This document shows positions 1 to 13,604 of a stretch of DNA of 64,000 bases, one piece after another. The stretch covers positions 930,001 to 994,000 of the forward strand of contig NW_003314261.1 of assembly GCF_000143415.4 (NCBI RefSeq), given 5' to 3'. Position 1 is the first letter of the stretch; the number at the start of each line of letters is the position of its first letter. Both the position numbers and the translations under genes were made by a program. The notes beneath the pieces were generated by a model. That model was not told the DNA's origin and made no database searches. It was given only the letters and a program-made list of their open reading frames with translations. The stretch is from Selaginella moellendorffii. Taxonomy: Eukaryota; Plantae; Lycopodiophyta.

Positions 1-1158
1 CCTTCTTCACCACCTCTTGAACGTAGTCTCCGAATTTGACAGGCTTGTAGAGCTGGGGGTGGTCCTCGTCGATGAGTTCCGGAGCAGGGGCGACTGTCGA
101 ATCGAACAAGCAGCTGTAGTTGGAAGCGATGGACATCCTGGGACGTGATGCGTTCACTTTCACGCGATGGATGACGCTCTGGTACCTCCCGTTGCTCATC
201 AGCTGGGCGTTCATCACAACACGAGTAAGTTTGGAGACGGACAGAGCAGAACAGGAAGAACTTTACCTCGAGGAGATCACTGATGTTGATGGTGATTGCT
301 CCCGGGATGGGCTCGACGACCACCCAGGTGTTGTTCTGGAGAACTTGGAGGCCGGGAATGCCATCTTGAAGCAGCAATGTGAGTCCTCCAAAGTCGGAAT
401 GGGGCTCGATGCCGAGCACCTTGTCAGGCTCTGGACAACCGGGATAGTAGTTCGTCAGGATAGATTGGTTGGGAACTCCAAAGCGTTTCTCGAAGTAGTC
501 TGTAGGGAGACCAACGCCTTCGGACAGGAATCCCAGGATTTTCCTCGTGAGCATCAGGAAGTCATCAGAGAGACCGGACATCACTTCTCTGGAAAGTTAG
601 CAATCGCAGAGTTTAAAGACGAACAAATGGAAGAACAGGGGCTTCATAATGGACCACCTTTCAGAGACGAAGAAATGGAAGAACAGGGAAGCTAGCTTAC
701 TTGTATTGCAGTGGCTGCGCGGGCCAGCTATCCAAGTTCCTCTTTGGAGACGTGCACAGGAAAAAGTAGTCCCTCCATAGCTGGACAGCGTCGGCAGCAT
801 TGGAGATCTTACTTCCATAGCCATCGCTCTTGAAGCCATACTCCTTGGCGGCATACTTGAGTTTCTCCTCCTTGGGCAGCTCGAAGAACTCCCTCGACAC
901 CTTCTGCGGCTTGGTGACATCAATGCCGTGGTTGATGACCTGGAAGAATCCCCACTCGCTGCTGGCACTTGCGATCTCGCGCACCACTCTCTCATGCTGC
1001 TCGGGGCTGAGATTGAAGTCACAGAGATCAACCACGGGTACCGACTTCCCAGGCTCGTGGGTCACCACTGGGACCTTGTCCTCGGGAGCTATGTAGTTCT
1101 TGGGGACCGCTTTCAATGATTTGCTGAGCTCTTGGACTGGAACAAACTCCGCGCCCAT
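1..1158 (-). CDS. 2-oxoglutarate/Fe(II) dioxygenase (DOXC class), tandem copy 1; 3' end runs off the window
   Basis: ORF 697-1236 has DIOX_N motifs (VPVVDL, ASSEWGFFQVINHGI, WRDY). Later exons give NYYPGCP..HSDFG.LTLLLQ and NGRYQSVIHRV. GT-AG introns. Start ATG at 1158. Confidence 0.92.
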
Positions 1159-1437
1159 TGCAAAGATCTCTCCTTTCGTCATTTTAGATGCTCGCACCCT
1201 TTTAGTAGCGAAACAATTGGAGCGGGATCTATCCACGTATCCCGGTGGTGTGGGTGTTGACTAGCTACCAGTCAACTCGATGCTTGACTTTTTTCTGTCC
1301 TTGAGATTTGGGTATCATTGACGTTCCAAAGTTTGACAAAAAGATCTATTGCGTTTTTCATAATGTAGCTGCCCTCAATAATTATTTCTTTGTTCTGATT
1401 GATACTTCCAGGATCACAGTAGAAAACCTTGCTTCTC

Positions 1438-2636
1438 TCAATGCTTTTGGAAGAGCATGTACTCCGGCTTGGAGTCGTGGTTGATAAGCATGTAAGACTT
1501 TCCAGTTGGACCCTTCTTCACCACCTCCTGAACGTAGTCTCCGAATTTGACAGGCTTGTAGAGCTGGGGGTGCTCCTCGTCGATGAGTTCCGGAGCAGGG
1601 GCAACACCGGAATCGAACGAGCAGCTGTAGTTGCAAGCAATGGACATCCTGGGACGCGACGCGTTCACTTGCACGCGATGGATGACACTCCGGTACCTCC
1701 CGTTGCTCATCAACTGGGAGTTCATCATAAACACAAGTGCAAAACAGGAAGAACGTTTACCTCAAGGAGATCACTGATGTTGATGGTGATTGCTCCCGGG
1801 ATGGGCTCGACGACCACCCAGGTGTTGTTCTTGAGAACTTGGAGGCCGGGAACACCATCTTGAAGCAGCAACGTAAGTCCTCCAAAGTCGGAGTGGGGCA
1901 TGAAGCCGAGCACCTTGTCAGGCTCTGGACAACCGGGATAGTAGTTCGTCAGGATGGATTGGTTGGGAATTCCGAAGCACTTCTCGAAGTAGTCAGTAGG
2001 GAGGCCTACACCTTCGGACAGGAATCCCAGGACTTTCTTTGCGAGCATCAGGAAGTCATCAGCGAGACCGGACATCGCTTCTCTGGAAAGTTAGCAATCA
2101 CGGGGTTTAGAAACGAAGAACTGGAAGAACAGGGAAATTTTCACGAGACAAAGAAATGGAAGAACAGGGAAGCTGACTTACTTGTATTCCGGTGGCTGTG
2201 CGGGCCAGTTATCCAAGTTTCTCTTTGGAGACGTGCACAGGAAAAGGAAGTCCCTCCATAGTTGGACAGCATCGTCGGCGTTGGAGATCTTACTTCCATA
2301 GCCATCGCTCTTGAAGCCATACTCCTTGGCAGCGTACTTGAGCTTCTCCTCCTTTGGCAGCTCGAAGAAATCCCTCGATGCCTTCTGCGGCTTGGCAACA
2401 TCGATGCCGTGGTTAATCACCTGGAAGAAGCCCCACTCGCTGCTGGCAGTTGCGATCTCGTGGACCACTCTCTCATGCTGCTCGGGGCTGAGATCAAAGT
2501 CACAGAGATCAACCACCGGGACGGACTTTCCAGGCTCGTTCACCACCGGGATCTTGTCCTCGGGAGCTATGTAGTTCTTGGGGACCTCTTTCAAGGATTT
2601 GCCGAGCTCCTGGACTGGAACAAACTCCGCAACCAT
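1438..2636 (-). CDS. 2-oxoglutarate/Fe(II) dioxygenase, tandem copy 2 (3 exons)
   Basis: ORFs 2178-2699, 1725-2075 and 1438-1734 carry HSD...H iron ligands and the RxS motif (RMS). Near-identical to copy 1. Confidence 0.93.
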
Positions 2637-4275
2637 TGCAAAGACCTCTCTTTTCTTTTCTTTTCTTTTTTTCCTGCTTTTAATGGCACCTTTATACATT
2701 TGGAGCGGGATATATCAACGTGTCCCGATGGTCGCCAGTGCTTGAGTGTTGGGTGTTCACTAGCTAACCTTCTCAGTCAACTCGATGCTTCACTTTTTTC
2801 TAACAAAGAGCGTGGTTCTCCTTAAGATTTGTGTTGACAAAAATATAATCTCGCGTCCAACGGTCTTTGTTCTTATTACTGTATGGCCCAGCAAATGGAA
2901 AAACTTGTATATACAGAAATGTTCAAGCTAGTCAATAATATCATTCTAAATAGTGATATATTCCAATAAATTTAAGTCTAAAGGCCGTCTCACGCAATAT
3001 CAATTTCTTAAAATGCCATCACCACGAGGTTCCATTCCTAGCCCAGATCCTCATGCTGAGCTTGCTCAAATCCTTAGTGCCAAATTCCCAGATGCACAAA
3101 AGAGAATACTTAAGCATTTCGTCAATGCAGAAAAACATCCAATTAAGACTTATGTTTGTGATCCCAAATCAAGAGCAACAAAATGCCCTTCTGACCCCAC
3201 ATCATTCTTGTTTATCCCTTGCAAAGCCCTTGGCTCCAGTCTCTCGTCATTCCTAGCACGTATACCCTGTCTCCACCACTCATGTCCAAAGCGGTCTCAT
3301 GCAACTGTACTCAGTGCACCTTGAGTTTGTAAGCAGGATAAAAAGAACCTTGAGTTTACAAAGGCTTAAAGGTTAGAAAGAATCAATTGTTAAAAGTTCT
3401 AGGTATCTCTTGCAAGCGAAGCCACTTTGAGAAGATCTTCATCACCAGTACACATTCAAAGAGCAGGAATTTCCAAGAAATCTCTTGGTGTTCATGGACC
3501 CCGCAAGGCCTGCAACTGCTGAGATACAGCCACCTGCACGGGATAAAGGACAAACATCATAGCAATGGCTGTTGCAATTTCTTCCTCTACCAGCACCCAG
3601 TCAGCGCCTGTACTTTGGCCAAGCCGTTCAGCTCGCTCCGCTTATTAAGCAGGAGAATTCAAGAGATAAAGAGGACAAACATACCTTGGCACGCAGCGCC
3701 ACGGCAGCGTCTTCTTCTTGATCGAGCTGATCCTTACATGAAGACCTTGCACACTCCAGGCTTTCTGTCATTGACAACCTACTTTTACCCACATGCATGC
3801 ATTTGCTCTAGTTCTTGCGCCGGTAGATGTCTGTGCGGCCGAGCTAAACAAGGCCCCAAACATGAACCCCCTCTGATGGCGCAATTGGCCAGATCAATTT
3901 CCGCCACCACTTGTTATATATTGTGGATATTTAACTTTTTTAGTTTAAACACTAGTTTAAGAGAGTATTAACTAAGCATCAATGCCTTTTGATTTAAAAA
4001 ATTAACTTAAGAAAGTTCAGATAGATAGATAGATATGTTTTAAGTCACCACAACACCCATCAGGCATGGGACCAAATTAAAATTTCCTAATTTTTTTCTA
4101 AGCTAAAGTGATAAGTCACTCTATGATACAGTGATAGGGGTTAAAAGAAAATCAGTAATTAAGTTTAGACATTATTAAAATAAATGTAAAAGCAAATAAA
4201 AAATTATGTGTTGCGCATTGCATGGGAAGTTTGCTCAGTGCTAATCTTATTTTATTTTTTTATTTAATAATCCAG

Positions 4276-4349
4276 AAGTTTATAATTATAAACATGTCTA
4301 TAAATTATAAATACAAGATTAATCTAAATGAATAACAACCGCTAGATGG
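4276..4349. repeat. AT-rich dispersed repeat (possible non-autonomous Helitron piece), inverted copy at about 62723-62797
   Basis: AAGTTTATAATTATAAACATGTCTATAAATTATAAATACAAGATTAATCTAAATGAA matches the reverse complement of 62723-62797. A further degenerate copy is at about 62833-62908. Confidence 0.6.
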
Positions 4350-4708
4350 CACCACACACACACAATATTTTTATATATTATTTAGAATTTATAAGTTTTT
4401 TTATTTAATGTCAATTAGAGTCTTTTAAGAAGAAAAAAAACCATCCAATCTAATTATATTATTTTCTTTTAATTTAATAGTGTTTGGCTCACAGCAATTC
4501 ACAGTGGACCTCCCTTGATTCAGGGTGCTTACATTGCACTGGGCAACTCTCCCTAGAGCTACATCATACCACCAAAGTTGTATGCATAAATGAAATTTAC
4601 AATATTCTATAAAGATGATTGCGTTTGAAAAAAATGTAAGAGAATAGGGATCTTTAAATGGTAATGTAAGAGAATATTTGGAAGATCCTTTTAGGGCTTG
4701 GCCAGGCG

Positions 4709-6513
4709 ATGGCGGGCAAGCAGCCGAGCTTATGGTGGGGGTGCCTGGTGTCCGAGCTCGGCGCGGTGGGGGCGGGCAAGCCGGGATGGCTGGATGACGC
4801 CGCTCTCGTCGCGGCCATGGGTCGAGATCTGGTCGCCATTGCCAGGCAGCGATCGCTCGTTGTCACGCCCTGGAGTGGCGCTCACAGCTCCGCGCCTCGC
4901 GCATCAGGTTTCTCGATCGATTCCATCCCAGCCGCTACCGGGGCCGATCCCTCGTATCGAATCACCGCACTGGAGTGGCTCTTTTGGGAGGGATGGTCGG
5001 TTCTCGCCGTCGGTACGTCGTTGGGCATTCTTTGCTTCTACTCGGAGATTGGAGATCTCCTTATCAAACAGGTTTGCGAGCAAGGAAAAAAAAGCTTCTT
5101 TTTGAAGGGAAAATGGATTTTTTTCTTCCAGAGCTTCAATGTTGGATCGATTTGCAACTTACACGTGAGGTGCAACCAGAACAAGCGTGTTACTGCCGAG
5201 GAGCTCTCTGTTGCTTTCCAGAGCTCCATTGCGAGAATCGACGCCTTAGATCTCCAGGTAAGAACTCCAGGTTTTTTTTTTTTTGTTTCCGAGCCATGCT
5301 TGTCTTTTTTTTTTTGCTTTTAAACCCAGTCACAACTACGCAGACGATTGCTTGAAGTTGCGAGAAACTCCACGCTCGAGCGCCAGTTGATCGCGGCAGA
5401 ATCGACGAAGCTTTCGTATCAGGTGTGGAGTGTCAAGTCTTCGGGAAGTAGCATTTGCGTGGATGCCGCGATAACTGGCGTGCTTCCGCCAGCTCTCTTT
5501 GAGCAACAGGTTGGGAAACGCAGACACTCCTCGAGCATTTGTCGCAGCTTCGACTGATACCAAGTTTTAAAAGCAGTTCTTTCTTGCAGTCGAGAGAGCG
5601 CTACTTTTGTGCCGTCACCATTGGATCGGACAGCACACTGGCTGCTTTCAGGTTTGTCTTCTTTCTTCACTCTCTCGGATTTTAAACTTGTTCCATTTCA
5701 GGCTTTCAGAAGATCGAAGGAAGTCACTGACCGAGCTACTGTTTAACAAGGTTGTTCCGGCGACGGTCTCTAGGATAACTTCTTTCGCCAAAGCGTTTCG
5801 ACGCAACAGCGAGCCTGTCCAAGAAGCTAGACCGGCAGAGGTGAAAGCCCAAGAGTTCTCCAGAGGTAATAGCGATCGCTGCAAAAACGTAGACCACCTT
5901 GAGCTTTTTGTTTTTTCTCCAGCCTCGCTCATCACAGCTCTGAAAGATTCCCCGCGCAAGGGCGAAAGTTTGGCGTTGTCTCCAACTTGTTCACTGGCTG
6001 CTGTGACCGATTCCTTGGGACGAGTTCTTCTCGTCGACGTACATGCTCTCGTCGTGGTTCGTCTATGGAAGGTAATGGACGTTCTGTACGTGGATGATCT
6101 CATAGCGATTGTTTGGCAGGGATATCGTGATGCTCACTGTAAGTTCCTCGAGGCACCACTGAATGGCTCGTCCGGACTCCAGCACAGGAGCTCTTGCGTG
6201 AAGGAAGACTTTTCTCTCTGTCTCGCGATTCATGCTCCTCGTAGAGCTGTAGTGGAGGTAAGCAAAAACAAAACTTTCCTTCTCAGAGCTCACAAATCTT
6301 TGCGATTTTTTCCAGGTATGGCAGCTGCGAAATGGTCCTCGTTTATCAGTGATCCACTGCTCCGAGAGCTGCCGGTTGCTACAACCCCCGAGCCAGTTCT
6401 GGTCGAGCGATCGAAACGATCACGAGGAAGAAAGCTACTCGCCCAAGCTCGTGTTCTTGCTCAAGGGAGACTCTGGCTTGCTTTCTCTCATCAATCCCTT
6501 CATGGATCAGTGA
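4709..6513 (+). CDS. Rab3 GTPase-activating protein non-catalytic subunit-like (multi-exon)
   Basis: ITALEWL, LAVGTSLG, LKDSPRKGESLALSP, AAVTDSLGRVLLVD..VVRLWKGYRDA and LAIHAPRRAVVEVW are typical RAB3GAP2 N-terminal motifs. Confidence 0.85.
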
Positions 6514-6913
6514 AGAAGAAACCGTATATTCTTTTTGTGTAGAACGATTTGTACAGGACAAACACTATATATTCTTTTTGAATATGATCGATCGATCGCA
6601 ATCTCTACTTTAGAACTTTGTCTGCCAAATCTTTATGACGAGAAAACACAACACAACGAAGTACTCGTTAAAAAACTAGGGTTCTTCATTCTTTTAGGTG
6701 GATGATGGGAACTTGGTGAGGTGAGCAGTCAATTCGGTGGACGCCGCGTCGATTCCACTCCTCACATCGATCGAAAAAAAAACGCCGAGTGCAATTCACC
6801 AGAATGGACAGCAATGCAGCACCTGCAGTAGCTGGAATGGAGCAAGAAATTTGCTTCTCTGTGTCAGATCGCGCAGGGAAAATGGGGGATTCTCGGCTCA
6901 GGAGGGAGCGAGG

Positions 6914-8337
6914 ATGATCCCGATCGGCGAGGACGGCGGCAAGCCGATGGGATTGAAATCCTCCTCCGCGGCGACGGCAGTGGATCAAGGCAGGGGAAAT
7001 CTCCTCAAGTACCTGTGCTGCTCGGGCTTGATCGCGCTCGTCCCCATCGCGATCGTCAATTGCTACGTCTTCCTCGTCTATTCCTCCCTCATCGATCAGG
7101 AAGCGGTGCTCTACTCGCTCCATTCCGCGTCGCTCGGCGCAAATATTTCCACTCGAGGTAGAATATTTTCTTGTTCTTGGTGTTCTTGGTGTTCTTGATC
7201 TTGATTGGCGATCCATGGCGCCACAGATTGCGATCTCTCCAAGGGCAAGTGGATCCCCGACGCTGCGCCGCCGCTCTACACCAACGAGACCTGCCGCTAC
7301 ATCCAGGGCCATCAGAACTGCCTCAAGAACGGCCGGCCGGATCGAGGATTTCTCGCCTGGCGATGGCGCCCGGACGAATGCGATCTCCCGCGCTTCGATC
7401 CCGCCCTGTTCTTGCGCGCCATGAGGAACAAGAGGATGATCTTCTTCGGCGACTCCATCGCCAGGAATCACATGCAATCGCTACTGTGCGCCATCTCTCA
7501 GGTAAGAACACTTCCAATTTCCATCTCTCGATCGATCGGTTTCCAATCGATTCCATTCACGCACAGGTGGAGGAGCCGCGAAATCTCTACCGCGACCCGA
7601 TCGACAAGGACGTGATCTGGCTCCTGCCCTCCTTCAACTTCACTCTCGCGATCTTCTGGTCGCCATTCCTGGTCAAGCACGAGCAGCGATCCAGCAACGG
7701 CAGCACGATCATGCACATCCATCTCGACACCCCGGAGGAGATCTGGATGTCCCGGCTCCACGAATTCCACGCCATCGTCCTCTCCTCGGGGCCCTGGTTC
7801 TTCAAGCCCAGCGTCTACTACCGCGGCGGATCCATCGTCGGCTGCCACCACTGCGGCGACGAATCCATCCCGCCGCTCAGCTTCATCGACGCCTACCGGA
7901 TGGCGCTGGGCGGCGTCTTGGACTCCATCGCCGCGCGCGATGGCTACGCTGGAACCACATTCCTGCGGACCTTCTCGGCGGAGCATTTCGAGAATGGCGA
8001 GTGGTGGAATGGCGGGACGTGCAATCGCACGGAGCCATTCCGGAACCAAAGCGCGGTGGAGCTGCCGTGGATGGCGAGCGAGATGCGGCGGATCCAGGTG
8101 GAGGAGTTCGATCGCGCCGCGGCCAAGAACCCTAGCAGATCCAAGCTCAAGCTGGTGGACGTGTCCTACAGCGCCTACCTCCGCCCCGATGGCCATCCCG
8201 GGGTGTTCCGGAGCTCCAGGACGCTCACGCCTGATGGAAGCGCGGTCCAGAGCGATTGCCTCCACTGGTGCCTGCCCGGGCCGATCGACATGTGGAATGA
8301 GATTCTCCTCAAAACGCTGCTCGCCCGGGAGCCCTAA
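6914..8337 (+). CDS. Trichome birefringence-like (TBL/PC-esterase) polysaccharide O-acetyltransferase
   Basis: N-terminal TM helix, CDLSKGKWIPD, GDSIARN (GDS motif) and DCLHWCLPGPIDMWN (DxxH motif). Confidence 0.93.
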
Positions 8338-8798
8338 AATTTGCGCAAGAGCCCTAAAAGAATATGCCAAATTGTAAAAGGATGGAAAATAATGGCAAAT
8401 GAAAATGCAAAACACTCGTTTTTGACCTCCAAGTGTTTTGAGATTGTCTGAGGAGATGAAGACATGATCCAATGTAGCCAACCTGAAGAGGTTAAAGACT
8501 TAGCCACAGGTTAGTCTGTGATGTTAGCAAACCAATCCTTTAGCGGTTTGTCTTTGAATCTTAGTGCTTATAAAACCAAACGAGTTCATTGTGACTAATC
8601 GATTAGGATGAGATTTATTTATAAAACCGATGAGTTCATAATCATCGTGACGAATCGATTTCTTTTCCAGCAGCACGCGAGAGGCAAAAGTTATCTGAAA
8701 CACGCAATCCGAAACAAAGCCGTGACTTTCTACTTGTTGCCTTTGCGTGCCTACGTACCTAATGTCTGCTAAGGAATAGAAAACACAGATCCGAGGCC

Positions 8799-10190
8799 TC
8801 ACAAATCCCTGTTGCCGCTGTCTTGATCAAGATTAGGATCGATCTGCTGATGGATCGGGCTAGCGACCGCACCAGAAACGTAGAAACAGGGAGGAGATTG
8901 GCTGTTAATCGCTGGAAAAATCATTCTGGGTTGCTGCTTCATCTGATCCAGATGAGCTGCGCTGAACTGCCGCCGCATAGCAGGAACTGTGGCTTGCTGC
9001 TGCTGCTGCTGGTCCATTTGATCGAGATGAGCAGCACTGAACTGCCGCCGCATGATCAGAGGCTGCTGCTGGACTTGGAATTCAATATGCTGTGGCTGCT
9101 GCTGCTGCATCTGATCTAGATCAGTGGCACTGAGCTGCCTTCGCATGACTTTCTGCTGCTGCTGGTTCTGGTGGTGCTGCTTGATGGGGTCTGACCCCGT
9201 CCGTTGGATCTTCATGTGGTGATTTACGTGCACTGGCTGTTGGATCATGTATTGCACTGGCTGCTGCAAGTAAACCATGTTTCCTTCAGTGAAATAGGAT
9301 TGCTGCTGGTGATGGGCCAAGAAATTTTGATGGTGGGGTTGGTGTGAGAAATTAATGGGAAGTTCTTGCCTCATTACACCAATCCTCTGCTCTCCTAGAT
9401 TTTTTTGAAATATGGATGATTGCTGGAATGCTTTCTTGGATTCATTCATTTTGCCTGGCTTCTCTTCCAAATCTCCCAGTTTCATCTCCTGTGGATTAGG
9501 GCTGACCTGGCCACACGGTGACGACGTGGACGGTCCGGTCATCTTCTCGAGCGGCAAAATTTGCAAAATATTTTGGGGGACGATCGGGTTTTGCGCGATG
9601 CTGATGGGATCGATCGCGATGGCAGGAGCTGGGAATGGCGGAACCGGCCTAGGTCTTGGAGTGGTGGAGCTAGCAAAGAGGTAATCTGGGAGCTGCTCTT
9701 CATGGATGATCCCGTTGTTGTTTAGCGCGTCTAGGAAGCTCTGCTCGCTCGATGCGGCGCTAGGGATGTGACCGGCAGGGATCGTTGGGAAGAGGAACAG
9801 GCGGAGCTTGGAAGGGGAATCCCTGGCGTCAAGGCGTTCGTATTCTTCCAGCATCGCTTCCAGGTCGTCGTCGCAGAAGATCGAGACGAGCGCGTCGAAA
9901 TCCTCGTAAGGGAGCTTGTATTTGGGGAGAACGCTGCGGCCGCCACAGATCTTGGAGAGCTTGGCGCGGAAATCCGCGTAGGAGATGGTCCGGGGGACGA
10001 CGAAGATCCGCGTGTCGCCGCCGATGTAGCGGAGCTGGGAGTCGTGTGGGCTCATCACGATCCGGCCGCCATAGCTACACATGAGCTTCACCCTCGTGCT
10101 CTCGTCCTCGGACATCTGGTCTGATCGCGGCGATGAGCACTGGGAATTGGGAAGAAGAAAGTGCGCACCATTCATAGAAATCGAATCCAT
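8799..10190 (-). CDS. PB1-domain protein with Q-rich tail (shorter paralogue)
   Basis: VKLMCSYGGRI..LRYIGGDTRI..KYKLPYEDFDALVS..DDDLEAMLEEY..KLRLFLF. Confidence 0.88.
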   Translation of the reverse strand: MDSISMNGAHFLLPNSQCSSPRSDQMSEDESTRVKLMCSYGGRIVMSPHDSQLRYIGGDTRIFVVPRTISYADFRAKLSKICGGRSVLPKYKLPYEDFDALVSIFCDDDLEAMLEEYERLDARDSPSKLRLFLFPTIPAGHIPSAASSEQSFLDALNNNGIIHEEQLPDYLFASSTTPRPRPVPPFPAPAIAIDPISIAQNPIVPQNILQILPLEKMTGPSTSSPCGQVSPNPQEMKLGDLEEKPGKMNESKKAFQQSSIFQKNLGEQRIGVMRQELPINFSHQPHHQNFLAHHQQQSYFTEGNMVYLQQPVQYMIQQPVHVNHHMKIQRTGSDPIKQHHQNQQQQKVMRRQLSATDLDQMQQQQPQHIEFQVQQQPLIMRRQFSAAHLDQMDQQQQQQATVPAMRRQFSAAHLDQMKQQPRMIFPAINSQSPPCFYVSGAVASPIHQQIDPNLDQDSGNRDL

Positions 10191-11513
10191 CTTACAAAGG
10201 TGAGTGAAGTTTTTTTTCCTTTGCTCTCTTGTGCTTGGACTAACTAAGCAGGAGATTCTTCTAGTCGAAGTGAAGCTGACGAGCGACGGCGTGACTGACT
10301 CTCAAAAGCTAGCAACCATTCTCTTTGAAGCGAAGAACTTTCAGGATGGATGAAACTTGGAACTTCTCTCTCTCTCGCTCGCTCTTGAAATGGTAAAGGG
10401 ATTTATTGTGGAGGACTGAACTGTTGGAGCTGATAAACGACAGGGCTGCGCAGCTAAATAAAAGGAGGCGATGTTCAACGCAAAACAGGAGCGAGTGGTA
10501 CCTTGGCTTTTTCGTCTGGTGAAGTTGTGCATTTTCGTCGCATTGCAAAACTCATGTTTCACTCTTGCAGGGCAGGACACAAGGCTTAAATCATCCATGG
10601 AAAACTATTATATCCTCGTGTTTTGCAGCTTTGATGCTCGCCGTAAGCTTCTTTAAGTTTTGTCTATGCTTGATATATACTAAATGCTTTTACTTTCAGG
10701 CAGAAACACCAGCTGCAACAGTTGCTCACCGGGAGGGCAAACGGCGCCTCTTTTGGGATCTCGCCTGCTCGTTCGCGACGCTGGCAACATCAGTAAAGGG
10801 AGCCGCAGATCAAACGCGGGTTTGTTCTTTATAGATCTCTGCAGGTTTTAACATAACTATTTACTCACGGGAGGTGGCATGGAGGACGACGAGCTGTGGG
10901 ATTTGGTGCTCACCGATGAGAAGGGGCGTATCCATATGGAGCCTCTGGAAATGCCTGCACATCTGGTGGCTATTTCTCTGACTCCACAGGGCAGCACTTC
11001 GATCCTTCCTGAAGGTATTAATGTGGAGTTTTCCATGCTTTTTTCTTTCTCTTTCTTGCAAGGAGTGGGCTCCAAGCAATACATATGTCACAGAAGGATC
11101 CCACCACTGAGAGACACAATCCAATCGACAGGTACAAACCCGGTTCAGAGACAATGCTAGGCTGATCCGATTCTAGTTGCCTCGGTGGCACTATACTTTC
11201 TAGTCCGCGCACATATACGGCCCGCTAGACTTCAGAAGGTTAAGGTGGCGGGTAGCGATTACTACCCTGTTATTCTGTGTTTCCTAAAAGCGGCTTCATT
11301 CGAAGATCTTCAGGGTTTGGTGAACAGAAAGATGAAGGCATCGTTTTGCATCGCTTTGCAGTACCACCGAAGATGAACGAAAACGATACACGAAGACGAA
11401 GTGTGAGATGCGTTTATTCCACGTCTTAAAAAGAAAGGTTCGTTTAGAGGTTTCCCTTTAAGCTACCTTATAAAAGGTGGTATTGCAAAGCTAAGGTTGT
11501 GTTTTCCTTTTCC

Positions 11514-12449
11514 ATGAAGAGGTTATTGCCAGAGGAGATTTCGGAGCTAGTCTTGCTGCGGCTCCCGTTCTCCAGTGTGATCACCTCAAGATTGGTGTGC
11601 AAGGAATGGAAATCAATAGTGGATTCACCCAGCTTTACGCGATGCTACAGCGACAACGTGACGATAATCGAGGAAATGGAGAAGAGTGACATCCCAACTT
11701 ACAGAATAATCGACAGTAGCAACAAGATCATGCTTTGGACGGGCCAAGGATTCTTGAGCATAGGCTCTTACAACCAAGGGTTGATGGTGGCGTACTCTCC
11801 AAAGGAAGGCCAGTACTACGTGGGCAATCCATTCTTCAACAAGTGGAAGAAAATCCCAATGCTAGAACACTCCTCCCACCATAGGGTTCGAATCTTTGTC
11901 AATCAGGAGAGCTACAAGCTCGTTGCATGGGAAGACCTCGGCTCGGTTCTGACATTTTCTCGAGGTCAAACGTGCTGGTCAAAGACCGAGGGTTCTGGGT
12001 TCACTACTGATCCGGTCATGATTGACGATAAGATCTTTGTTGTGGACACTGTCAAGGAGAGATTGATCATGTACACAGAAGGTGGCAGCTTCTCTTACAG
12101 GGCTTTGAGAATTGGGTGTAAGTATTCCGCGTATATGAACTTAGATTGCAAGACTTATCTGAGAGCTTGGGAGAGGAAATTATATGCAGTGGTGATAAAA
12201 GAGAACGCTCCTTATAGCACGAGGGTCAGGATTTGGGAGATTCCTGACAAGGTGAAACTTGTGAGCGAGATAGTGTTTGATGATGTGGCGGTGGGACTTG
12301 CTCTCGAAGTAGGCAGTGGGCAGTACTTAAATTTTTCAACTTCAGATGGCTTTACGTGTTCTTATGATATGAAGGTGAACAACTCTTGGGAGAGTAGAAG
12401 ATTTCGTGATGTGTCTCCCATGTCAGTCAAATATTATCCAAACTTATGA
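11514..12449 (+). CDS. F-box protein (intronless)
   Basis: LPEEISELVLLRLPFSSVITSRLVCKEWKSIV F-box, followed by GLMV..YYVGNPF..W beta-propeller-like segment. Confidence 0.85.
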   Translation: MKRLLPEEISELVLLRLPFSSVITSRLVCKEWKSIVDSPSFTRCYSDNVTIIEEMEKSDIPTYRIIDSSNKIMLWTGQGFLSIGSYNQGLMVAYSPKEGQYYVGNPFFNKWKKIPMLEHSSHHRVRIFVNQESYKLVAWEDLGSVLTFSRGQTCWSKTEGSGFTTDPVMIDDKIFVVDTVKERLIMYTEGGSFSYRALRIGCKYSAYMNLDCKTYLRAWERKLYAVVIKENAPYSTRVRIWEIPDKVKLVSEIVFDDVAVGLALEVGSGQYLNFSTSDGFTCSYDMKVNNSWESRRFRDVSPMSVKYYPNL

Positions 12450-12873
12450 AATAAGTTCCTTTTTTGTACTTAAACCGATTTAAACCTTGGACCCTACGAA
12501 AAAATAACCAAATGCGTTTATAAAGTCAATTTTGTTTCTGAACACGTATCAATTTTTTTCAAAATCGATCTTATCTGAACAGGTATCTTGATACAGACAG
12601 AAAACCTTTATTTAAAACCGCTCGTGCTGCTGACAAGCAGCCAACCTGAGAATGCCCCACGATCAAGACTTGAAATGCACTCAAAATCAGGAGAGCCACA
12701 AATTTGTTTATGCTTGTGATGATATCAGATTCCTTTGGGCGAAAATTTCCTCCAGTTACAAAAAGAGAGAGAAGACATCCAAAACATGTGCAAACAAAAG
12801 CTGGAATTCAAATCAAGCTACAATACGCTTATTCACTTTGTTGTTGTGGCGCGTTTTTGGTGGCTGTGTGTTC

Positions 12874-13571
12874 CTATGGCGCAGGAGTGTACGGCATCTG
12901 CGGCTGTTGCGACACAAGAACCACCCCAGCCTGATCAATGGGTCTCACAAATCCCTGCTGTTGCTGCTGTGCTGCCCTGATCTCAAGACCGGGAGCGAAC
13001 TGTTGTGGAATAGGAATCGAAACCGGCAGAGGAATCGTCGAGACAGGAATAGGTGCCTGGGCAGGAGAAGAACTGTTCACTGCTGGAAACATCATCCTGG
13101 GGATTTGCTGCTGCTGCTGCTGCTGCTTCATTTGATCGACATACGCAGCGCTGAGCTGCCTCTGCATGACTTGCTGCTGCTGCTGCTGCGGCTGCTGCCT
13201 CAGAGGGTCTGATCCTCCCCGTTGAATCTGGATGGGAGCCTGCTGCTGGTTTACGTGCACTGGCCGTTGGATGTAGTGCATTGCCTGCTGCTGCTGGTCT
13301 GTGAGGAAGTAAACCATGTTGTTCTCAATGATGTAGGGTTGCTGCTGCTGGTTGTAGTAGACAACCTGAGGCTGCTGTTGGTGATGGTGTATGAAGTTCT
13401 GCTGCTGAAGTACCTGTTGCTGAAATTCCTGCCTTGTGGCGGCAATCCTGTGCTCGGGCTGCTGCTGCTGCTGCTGCTGCTGGAAAGCAATTGCTTGCTG
13501 TAGTTTCATGGACTCGTTCATCCTGGCTAGCTTCTCTTGCTGCTCCAATTCCTGCTGCATTTGCATCTTCC

Positions 13572-13604
<33 letters not shown>

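Noticed and set aside
120-2825. Long plus-strand ORFs opposite the dioxygenases (likewise 7498-8481, 14389-14910, 41535-42413, 60555-61223)
   Set aside because: These are antisense shadows of real coding sequence with no recognisable domains.
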